Made by a program: the position numbers and the translations under genes. Positions 10,306 through 21,871 of a DNA stretch of 64,000 bases are shown here, in pieces. Origin of the DNA: Macrostomum hystrix (taxonomy: Eukaryota; Animalia; Platyhelminthes). The notes under the pieces are model-generated. The model was given only the letters and a program-made list of their open reading frames with translations, was not told the origin of the DNA and made no database searches. Location: the NCBI GenBank assembly GCA_950097015.1, contig CATNEN010000033.1, positions 3,410,001-3,474,000 on the forward strand, read 5' to 3'. Numbering within the stretch: position 1 is the first letter of the stretch; the number at the start of each line of letters is the position of its first letter.

Positions 10306-11549
10306 GCTGCTGCCGGGCCTGTGTGAGCTGAGGAGAAACTGATTGATTGTTTATTTGTTTATTAACTCAAATAGGGCTATGCTGTGGTCGCTAGACAATG
10401 GGGTCTCATCTTTAACTTCTAGCCTTGCTTTGTCAATATACTTTAGTGTAGTTGTGTATTTGTTAACAAATATAAACTTGTCAGGTAGCAAAGTGTTTAC
10501 ACGTAGCGCAGGTAAATCTGCAACGTGTCTTTTAACTAAATTCCATAAAACAGTATTATTAAATTTGCATAAAAAGAGGCTTCCTGTGCATCACTAATAC
10601 TAATAGTAATACCCGTATTACCCCGCTCAAATTCTAAAAAGCATGTTTAATTTTTCATAAAATTAAGATCGATTTAAAAGAACTGTAGAAGGAGAACTCA
10701 AACTCGTGGCTATGATAACAATGAAAGGGGCTTATAGCTTGTAAAATAATATACAAGTAATAGCCAATCTGTATATAATACAAGAACATTTATAATTGTA
10801 TAATCACTACACCAGGCAATTGTTGAATACAGCACAAATTACTTACAAGCAGCCACAATGGAGCACCAAATTTGTCTGCACCAAATTCGCTAAGCGATCC
10901 CAGGAAAAACTCTTGGGTGGTCTCAGTGAAAGTTCATAGCACAGCAATCTACAGCTACACAGCTCTGCAATAAAATATATTTCAGCCGTCATCAATAAAC
11001 AGCGAAGACCAGTTGTCTAATGGGTTTAAGGGCGGGCCACAGCCTCTATAGATAATTGGCACGGCCAAACTTGATTACTCAGACTAAGAGCCATGAAATA
11101 ACAATATCAAAAGGTGCCGACAAGGCAGTCATCCTAATTAAACCTTCAGCCTACGTGCGGTCTATATACCTGTACTGTCTGACTATTGACCAGTAGATTA
11201 ATAAATTGAGTCTGTCTGGGAGAGACGCGGCCAGAAAGACTGGCGTTTAAGTACCAGACCTAACTAATTTGAGAACTCACACAAAGGCAAGCACAGCTCG
11301 TCTGTCTGAATTCCTAATTTACTAAACTGTTGTCATAGTAACTGACCATTTTACACAGTTTATTCCGCACCTGCACTCCAGCGTGAGAAGGTGGTTTATA
11401 AATGCATTCTAATTTGTGAGACGGGATTGCCGAATACAATTAGCCGCTCTCACATGTAGTTTACGCAGGCACGGATAGGAGTGGCCAGTAGCTCCAACTC
11501 CGTCGCCCAAAGCAACGGCAGGTGAGGCCAGTCTGAGCCTCCTGGCCTC

Positions 11550-11556
11550 TATAAAT
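11550..11556 (+). promoter_or_regulatory. TATA box of the alpha-tubulin gene
   Basis: tataaat about 100 nt upstream of the ATG in a GC-rich promoter-like context. Confidence 0.6.
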
Positions 11557-11648
11557 TTGCGGTGCGAAGCCGGTGGCTGGTGGCCGCAGCCGAATTCGCT
11601 AGCGATCAAACTCCCCGCCCGGAAAAAACCAACTGCCCAGCAGCAGCC

Positions 11649-13143
<1,495 letters not shown>

Positions 13144-14052
13144 GTGTTGTTTCAGCCCACGTTTTTTAAATCAGACACTATTTTCAATCAGTTTCAGAAT
13201 AAGAAATTACAACTCCTTTGCTCCACAACCTTAATTATATGTATTCTGGTGAGAATACTTACAGTAGCATAAACTGCTATCTGTTCTGCTCACTTTACGC
13301 TAAGCCAGATTTCCGATCCGATTTCACTTTCGCTTTCGGCTTGCATCAGACGTGCCAGCTTTCAGTGTTATTAAATGAAAGAATCGAAGAATACATAAAA
13401 AATCTAAATTATCGTTAACCTCTCGTTAAAAAAACGAAACGACACTAATTAAATAAGCATACGACAGTACGATACTCGGCTTTGTTTATTTTTTATAAAG
13501 TAGCAATGAATATTGTTGCAGAGCCAAGAATTCGCAGACGAAAATATTTTAATTTCAGAAATTCGCGAAGCACCACATGTTTAGCCAATAGGAAACGCAC
13601 TACTATTAGCAGTAGTAGTAAAAATACTTCACCGCATTAAAAATTTGCTAAAATTCTTGTTAAAAGTAGTTGAACTTTGGAAAATAAGAGAAATTTCAGA
13701 AATGTGATAAATTGTCAGCAATAAGAAATTAAGTAGAGCCTAGTTGAAATCAAAGCAATAATTTGCTAGGCCATTCGTAAAAAATTAGCTCGCAGAAGCA
13801 GAGTGAAGCTGGGGAAAAGGAAAGGGGAAAGGCATGCAAGTCGCGAGGCAAATCACACTGAACTCACAGCTAACATTGACTAGACAAGATAGGACTGCAC
13901 ACAGTGCGCTACGGAATGTCATAAGAAACTCTACATGAAGTTAAAATCTTATAGAACGCAAGTATTGCAGTTGCAGAGGAAACTGGAATCAAGCTACCTT
14001 GAGTTGACATTGCGAATAACAAAAATAATGAAACTCTCAGCTTACGCGGCCG

Positions 14053-17000
14053 TCAGAACACCACCCTCTCCACTGAGGACGGCAGGGCGCAGGCATCGAG
14101 CCGTCTTGCCGCCTCGGCCAGCCTGGGCCGCCGTTCCGGCTCGCTGTCGACGCATTCAACGGCCAACAGGACGGCGCCTGATGGCCAGTCAGGCGGGGCT
14201 AATTCATCGGCGAGGCGGCGAAATGCGTCTGTGTCGACGGCGAAGGCGCGGCCAGAGTTGGCCAGGCGGGGCAGGCGGTCCGGCTCGGGCGGCAGGCGCA
14301 GCGTCAGTTCGCACAGCAGTACGCCGAACGAGTAGGCGTCGGTGGCCAGGCCGTAGGGCCGGCCTAGAAACATCTCCGGGCTGGCGTAGAGGAAGCTGCC
14401 AACGCAGCCGACTGCTAGGAGACCGGAGGCGGCCGCGGTGGCCGCCAGGCCGAAGTCGCCAACCAGAACTGTGCAGTCCGCTCTGAGGAAGCAGTTGCTG
14501 GAGGTGAGGTCCCGGTGGGCAATGGACCGGCTGTGCAGGTAGGCCACCCCGCTGGCGACCTGCTTGGCCATGAGGACTCGGCGAAGGCCGGACAGCCGTT
14601 CCTGCGGCTGCCTGTGCAGCAGCGAGTTGAGGCTGCCCCTCTCGGCCAGCTCTGTCACAATCGTCAGGCCGAGCTTCCTGAGCGAGGTGAGCGGTTTCCT
14701 ATTAGTGCACATTGTACTTTTAAAGACTCACGTGATGAGAAGGCGTGTTATTCTAAGCTGGCAGCCCTACAAAAGTCGAAGAGAATTTAACTAATATTAA
14801 AGGGTGTCGTCACAGTTGGAAAACCCCGGGATGCAGGAGTAGGCATCTTGGGGTTAACTATTTTCGGTTAAGAAATCGAGCGCCCAGCTCCGAGTGTTAT
14901 ATTGCTTTGCTTAAGGCATTAGTATTTTTACCCCAAGATTGATATTACAACCAACGAGCAGCCCAGCCAAGTAGACGCAAAAAAGTACGTGCATATCAAG
15001 CTACGTATAGCGTAGCGTATATTTAAAAGAACAACAGATTTTTTCCACTAAAACGGCCCTTTTAGGGGCCACCAATAGCACGTCACGACACCAAGTGCTC
15101 ACTTTGTGTACAGTAGGCCGTAGAATTTGAGCACATTGCGGTGCTCTAGCTGTTGCATTGTGGCCACTTCTTTGCGGAAGTTGCACAATTCTTGGCTGAA
15201 CTCGCCATCGCCAGTGCGTTTTAGGCTCTTGAGCACGAAGGCCCGGCCCAGGCCGCGGTGATGGACGCGGTAGGCGTAGGCGAAGGCGCCCTCGCCGAGC
15301 AGCTCCGCGCCGTCAAGGTCGAATTGGCGCCAGTCCAAGGACAATGGCAGGTCGCGCTCGCAGTGGATTGTGACCTGCTTGTGCGGCGTGGGCGATGTGG
15401 TTCTCAAGCCTTGAGGCTGCTGCTGCTGCTGTTTGGGCGCTGCAAACAAAGTCGGCTGCTGAGTTGGCGAGCTGGACAGGGAAGAATTGCCACTGTTTGT
15501 CACATGGCGTTGGAGCCGCGAGGTGGCTTTCAAGGAGGCAAAAGTCAGGGCGTCCTCCTGGGTCGCCACGTCTGCAGGCAGGGACTGAAAATCAAAGTAG
15601 CAATTTTTGGGATCTGAAATTCTTTCACAATAGAAAAAAACTCCTATTCTCATTCCATCAAGCTATTAGTCCACTTTACCAAAACTAAAATATCAATCCT
15701 TTACAAGCGAATCAAACCAAAAAATCCTTACTTGCACCATTAGATACAAATCCTGCATCCGCTTTTGCATAAGGCAAGATGCAATTTTTTTCACACTGAT
15801 AAGTCTTAAAACAATTATAAATTGTGTTTCTAAATTACTATGAAATTCCAAGTTAGAAAACAATTAATGAAAACAAAAGCAAATTAGCTTAGCTTATATT
15901 ATAGGCATTACGGGGTATTTAATGTTGGCTAGAAAAAATGTTACCATATTATTATTATTCAAATTGCCAAAAAATTAATTTTCTCACACCTCAGCATTTA
16001 ACTGCACCAATAAATTTGTTTTGATGCGCCCCCTCCCAATTGCTCTATATATGGTATTCTCTCTTATATGGTCACTAGGTAGAGGTTGTAGCCTAGTGGT
16101 TAGGGCGTTGGACTCACGACTTGAAGGTCGGGGGTTCGATTCCCGACTCCACTGGAACAATTTGCGTCCTTTAGCAAGACACTTAACTCTGCATTGCTTC
16201 AGTTCACCCAGCTGTTAAATGGGTACCAGCATCAGCTGGGATAATTGAAGGTGGGTCTGGCATCCCCCCAGTCCATGGACTGAACAGCTGTACCCAGCCT
16301 TCAGATGCGCCGTGCATTAGCTGTGGCTGTGCTGTCGGCTGCACATCTGACCCAATTGGGGCAGGTGTAATCAATTATCATTATTATTATTATCTCTCTT
16401 GGCCAAACTCAAACTTGTGTTTCCTCCAACACTTATAATTGCATTCATGCCCTATACTTAAACTCTTGTTTGCAATCCTTGCTAATTTTTAACCATAATA
16501 AGTGTGCCTGAATAAAGCCTAAGACTTAGTTTGGTCTTTAAATAGAAAGGAGTTAATTTCTCATTTACATATAAACCCCTGATATAATTTAAAAATTGTG
16601 TTGAAATAATTATATAATATGAAATGGCTTTAGAATAACTCAATATCATTCCTGTAAATACATAACTACCAGTTCTAATCTAATGAAATGTGTTATAATT
16701 CATTAGAGCCCTAATTACACAGATTAGTGAAATATTGGAGTGTGTGTTTGCAATTTGAATATAACTAAATACTAAGTATATTAAATACAAAAGGTGTCTG
16801 GGCAGTCATATACATACTGGCTACCAGATTAAACTTAATTGCTGCGAAATAACACCAATAACATTATAACTTATAAGTGTATAAATGAAATACCTTATAC
16901 CAAATTTCAAATTAAAAAATATAGAGCACGGGCCTTCTATACTTAGCTTACCAAAATTGGAAAAACCTTTAATTTATGTATTTTATGACTGAACCTTTTT

Positions 17001-18207
17001 AGATATGGATATAATTTGCACCTAGATTTTGGGCTTAGGTTACAAGCTTGCATCTGTATTTTCAATGAAAAATGCTTGTTTCTGGGTAATATAGTACTTA
17101 TCATAATTTTTCTAGATATGACATCTAAATATATTCTTACATATATTGTATGTTGTCGCCACTATAACGATGCATGCTTGCTATTCTATTTGATTGGAAA
17201 ACATAAGAACAGCTTAAAGTAGAACACCAAGCCCTGTGTTTGGGGTTAAATAGAACACCAGGCTGTATTGAAGAAAGGTGTTGTTTTTTAGCTATCACAA
17301 AAAAGTGCATTTGATATTGTACATGTTACACATTTAAGAGCCAAGTATATTCCAGCTTTAAAATAGCTTCTAAAAAATCTAACCTTCTAAAGCTAGTAAC
17401 TGGTAAACTGGGCTATTCTTTAAAGAAATTGTAGGCCCTATAATTATGTTCAGAATCCTATAAAAAAATAAAAAGAAAAAGTGTGCTCAAAGTAAGTTAT
17501 ATGCATTTCTGATGCACATTAAATTTAAAGTATATTCTTGAATATAAAATGAAATTACACTATTAGACATGCTGGGCACCACATGACAAATATGACGACT
17601 TGAATACATTAAATAAGAAAACACAGTAACTAAATAGAGAATACATTCTTGTTTAAAGACCAATAACTACACACCACTTAGTAATTAATTAATTTTTAAA
17701 CGCCTTCTACGTATTACAAACAGTTATTACGCTTCAGTTAATACACAGAATAGTTTTTTGTTTTACTGTGGGCGACACTTAACGAAATTACTTTGTTTCG
17801 TTAATAACTGGCGTTTAAAAAGCATCAGTCAGGGTAAGTCTACGTAAAAGAAGTACTAGCGAGTACTAATTAGTCCATGGTTATAGTTATAAAAGCATTT
17901 TTTTTCACTTAAAACTTCTGGAGACAATTTTGAAGACAACCAATTGTTCATCTCACTTTTCTTTATGACAATATACATGTATATATACGAGTATATATAT
18001 ATATATATTCAAAATTGACTGTCGAGAGTTCGAATTAAATTGTGTATCAAAATTTTCTCTGCTCTTGAGCATAACTTGTTTGTTTTGTAAGTTATTTTAA
18101 ACAGAGAATACAATCTTTCATTAAACTAAAATATTCTAATACAGATTCGTCCTTCAGGCCACGGGCCTATGGAGTAGTCTGGTGTTCCTTACTTCAGGCT
18201 TGCTCAT
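14053..18207 (-). CDS. TESK/LIMK-family (TKL) protein kinase; exons 18207-18193 (MSKPE, tentative), 15584-15103, and 14698 or 14677 to 14053
   Basis: LGEGAFAYAY, FVLK, KEVATM, HRDLTSSNCFL, VGDFGLA, YASPE, DAYSFGVLLCEL, LPPEPDRLPR, matching the TESK-type HRDLTSKN and PADPDYLPR; exon phases 0 and 2 are compatible. The kinase domain is certain; the first exon is inferred. Confidence 0.85.
16083..16393 (+). mobile_element. tRNA-derived SINE with a CORE-like central domain and (TTA)n tail, antisense in kinase intron 1
   Basis: A box TAGCCTAGTGG, B box GGTTCGATTCC, then tcctttagcaagacacttaactctgcattgcttcagttcacccagctgttaaatggg, resembling the MIR CORE; tail ttatcattattattatt. Confidence 0.8.
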
Positions 18208-19015
18208 GCAATAAATTAGAACCCTTAGAACCCTCAAATCTTGTTAAATGAAACCTTTTTGCTTCAAATAAAAGAAGTACGAGGGATTTTCATGCATACA
18301 ATAACGAGCTGAATTATACTTGAAGAGCTCCACGATTAGATACCCGAAAAACGCTCAGGTGCAGTTTTTTTAACAGCAATGCAGAATAGTACACAAGCAG
18401 AGAAAAGGAGATCGGAAGTTATAAAAATAAGCAGAGTTAGCTGCATATGAGGCAACAGACGTAGAACACCTAATTAACCTCGAGTATGAGCTTGAGGGAC
18501 GAGAATAGAAAAAAATATTTTATTCTGTTTAATTTCACACCGCAGAAAAAAATAAAAAGGACATAAGAACAGAACAAAGCAGCAACTGCAGCTCTATACT
18601 GTTGCAAACAAAAATAATCTCACTAAACTCTCTCCAACAATAAAAGAAAATAGGAAGGGAGAGAGAGAAAATTTCTCAGCATAATGAAGATGCGCAAAGA
18701 GGTGTAAGCTCAGTGCTCGCACACAGACAGATTCTGTATATGAATGGGCAATTTTTAGAGAAAGGGTCTTCGGAGCGAAAAAAATTCCAGCATCCGCGTT
18801 ACCTTTTTTAGTATTTTTAGACAACAATCTACGCTCGTAGCTCGGATTGCTAAATCTATAGTAGTTTTTACTAAATATATATGAAGGTAAGCCTTCGTTC
18901 ATTCTCCAATTCGGATTCTCCGTTCATATTTGAGCCTCTGAGTTTCCACAAAGCTTGTCGTTGGCTCTGCACTAATTCAGCAGTATATTTTGCACCGACT
19001 TGCAGCAGAGGACAC

Positions 19016-20842
19016 ATGGCCGAAGCCCCGTTCAATGATCAACCACTGCGATGCACGGTGTGCAACCGGATGGCATCACAGCACAGCATGCGGAGCCTGC
19101 GATGCGGCCACTCAGCCTGTCGTCAGTGCGTTTCGATAGACCGCCACCCCATCTGCCTCGACTGCATCGGGTCGTCTGCCAGCGGAAATGAGACTAGGCC
19201 GCAGTCGTTCGCCGAAGTTAACCTGGAGATGAGCTTCCACCTACGCTCGTGCGAGGAGCAGGTTGACCAATGCGATTACCGAGGCAATACCCAGCGGTGC
19301 CACCACTGCAACCTGAATCTGTGCCCGGAGCATCAGGAAAAGCACAAGGAATTAACGCTGCAGAGTGGTGAAGCCGATGCCAGAACTCTGCAGGACATCA
19401 AGCGACGCGCTGAGCAGCAAATGGTCAGCAGCCAGGCTTCTGACGAGCAGTTTGCTGCGTTCAAGGAGCGCGCCGATGCGGTCCTTGGCCCGCTGTTGCT
19501 GGCTGCAGAAAATATTAAGGCACAAATCACAAAGCCGATTAAAGGATATATAAGCCACCTCGAGCAGCACTGCCAGCAGAGAGAGAAGGCTCTGGGCGAG
19601 ACAGACAGAACGCTGGAGCAGCTGAGGGACGCGTTGAGCAGGCGCGATCACGACAGTGTGCTGAACGCTCAGCGCACTTTCCAGTACATGCAGATTGCTG
19701 GGGCTTATCGACCAATTCAGCAGGAATGCTTGCCAAAGTTCAAAAACACCTTGGATACCGGTGTTCTCAACAACCTTATTACAGACATGGAGTCGGCTCT
19801 TAGAGACCTAAAAGATTTCCAGAAAGCAAACCAAGTTGCAAACAGCCAACAAGCAGCATCTGCACAAGCTGCTCCGGAATCCACAGCATCCCCAGTCACT
19901 CCAGTTCCAGCTCCAAGACAACCACCAGGATCAAGAACAGCATCGGGGTCGGTGCTGAATCGCAGCAGCTGCGCGTACGTTACCCTCTGCCAGTCAGCAA
20001 GCACGAATACTCGTGTGGAAAGGTCTAGCTTTGTCACCGCCGAAAAACCGCTCGACATTGACTGCTACAATGTGCCTGGCGAACCTGTCACTTTCTTTGT
20101 CATTGAAGGTGCTGGAAGTACAAAGACGTCGGTGCGAATGTACAGCGGGCCCAGAATGGAAGGCAGAACTATGCCTGTACAATTTCATCGCGCGGGCATC
20201 TTGATGGACAGTTTTCAGCCGCGCCGGTTGGCCATCGTCTCAGCCAAGAAGCTCGTTGCTATGACGGACTCACAGAGCGACCGGTATAACCGCCACATCT
20301 TCGTCTGCGATTTTAGCGGCCAAGCCCAGCAGAAAGTCTACCGGATTGAAGATGCGAAACGACTCGGCGGCATCCACGCCGATGACAGCCGAATCTTCGT
20401 CTGCGATACAGACGGCAGCGCCGTGTTCATTGTCGACCACAGATCCAACTCGGAGCACCACAGGCGCATCAACTGCGGCAGCCCGAGTCCTTTGTCGCTA
20501 TCTTCCTGGGCCCAGTGGCTGCTGGTTGTGTTTTCCGACAGAGTCAACTTCTACTGCCTCGACACAATGCAACCGGCCCACACCATCATGACGACCGGCC
20601 AGGAGTGTAGGGACATTGCGCACCTGCCCGGCGGCAATTTCCTTGTCAGCAAGCAGGAATCCATTGTACTGCACTCTGTAGACACCAGCGAGCTGTTGAA
20701 GGTCGAGGCCGCAGAGCCAGCGGACCCGAACCGACCCGATCTACTAGGGATGTGCGCCACGCAGGCAGACAGTGACAGGATCAGTGTGTACCTGTGCGAC
20801 CGGCAGAGGTGCCAAGTGAAGATTATCAGAATTGCCTTCTGA
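19016..20842 (+). CDS. TRIM-like protein: C3HC4 RING, B-box, coiled coil, Ser/Pro/Ala linker and degenerate NHL-like beta-propeller; intronless
   Basis: CTVC-x13-CGH-x2-C-x2-C-x8-CLDC; CHHCNLNLCPEHQEKH; helical EQ-rich segment; NHL-like strands IFVCDTDGSAVFIVD and VYLCDRQRCQVKII. ATG 19016 (after ttgcagcag) is preferred over 18881. Confidence 0.8.
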   Translation: MAEAPFNDQPLRCTVCNRMASQHSMRSLRCGHSACRQCVSIDRHPICLDCIGSSASGNETRPQSFAEVNLEMSFHLRSCEEQVDQCDYRGNTQRCHHCNLNLCPEHQEKHKELTLQSGEADARTLQDIKRRAEQQMVSSQASDEQFAAFKERADAVLGPLLLAAENIKAQITKPIKGYISHLEQHCQQREKALGETDRTLEQLRDALSRRDHDSVLNAQRTFQYMQIAGAYRPIQQECLPKFKNTLDTGVLNNLITDMESALRDLKDFQKANQVANSQQAASAQAAPESTASPVTPVPAPRQPPGSRTASGSVLNRSSCAYVTLCQSASTNTRVERSSFVTAEKPLDIDCYNVPGEPVTFFVIEGAGSTKTSVRMYSGPRMEGRTMPVQFHRAGILMDSFQPRRLAIVSAKKLVAMTDSQSDRYNRHIFVCDFSGQAQQKVYRIEDAKRLGGIHADDSRIFVCDTDGSAVFIVDHRSNSEHHRRINCGSPSPLSLSSWAQWLLVVFSDRVNFYCLDTMQPAHTIMTTGQECRDIAHLPGGNFLVSKQESIVLHSVDTSELLKVEAAEPADPNRPDLLGMCATQADSDRISVYLCDRQRCQVKIIRIAF

Positions 20843-21871
20843 GGCTAACAAGGACCATTGAACTTTTAGGCCGTCATACATTTTTAGGACCTCTAAAGAG
20901 TATGAACAGTGCTTGCTTCTGGAAATTATTTAACGTTTTTAACTCATATTGGATCATATCTTCGCCCATTCGTGACTATTGTTCGCATCCGATCAAAGAA
21001 ATGTTTGACTGATAATTGACCGTACTTTAATTAATTAGAATAATTAATTTGTTAGTCGAATCATCGATCCCATTTTGTTATATCACGAACAACTCGTCAT
21101 TAGTACTCGTACTAGTAAATTTAGGCTTTGTAGTACTTTTTCTTTCGCGCATCTCGTCCTATTATTTTAGTTTCTTTTGTTTTTTAACACCATGGATAAA
21201 GGAATACTATTTCTCCATCCGTGTTTAACACCCATGGATTACTAAAGCCCGGAGTAGTAAGATGTAATCTCATTAAGGTACCTCAATAAGAGCGCCGATG
21301 CCATATATATGCGGAACATGACCTTTTTATGCCTTTTTAATGCCTATATAGTCCATGGTGCGGTTCAAGCCATAGAAAAGAGAATAAGAACGACGACGAC
21401 AAGGACGCCTTAAAGAGAAAAAGTAAAGACGTAAAAAGATGACGCGACGCAGCGCGAGCTCACTGATCGCCACGAACAAGATGAAGAAGAGGAAGAGGCA
21501 ACATGATAAGCAAGGACTTCTAGATATAGCATCTGTATTTGACATTAGATGCTAGCATAGAAGTCCTTGCTACGAAAAAAACGTGCGTTAAGCAGCTCCT
21601 CCCAGAGGCTGCACGTTTTCGACTTGAAGGACATAATTTGCCACGTCCCTTTGCTGATTCCTACGAGCTACTTCCCCATGGGTATCTATTTATAGCATAT
21701 ATATGCTATACTATGTCCATGCTTTCCCCCTTCCCCTGATTTCTTCACTTGTCTGAAGTCTAGGGCCCGAACCGCCTTAGCAATATCATCGAAATCATGC
21801 ACTGTTTGCATCTAACGTAGATCCGTAGGGGTGAACATTTTTTCTAATTCTGCTGAGCGCATTCTGCCAAG

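Noticed and set aside
16083-16155. Functional tRNA gene
   Set aside because: Anticodon and acceptor stems pair poorly, and the sequence continues into a SINE body and tail with no T-run terminator
18150-18240. Bona fide SL RNA gene
   Set aside because: Only the last 13 nt match the recalled leader, the ATG is not followed by a donor, and no Sm site is evident; retained only as a possible relict leader
17860-21109. Inverted 11-bp match (cgagtactaat / attagtactcg) flanking the TRIM gene as transposon ends
   Set aside because: Too short, does not extend and has no TSD
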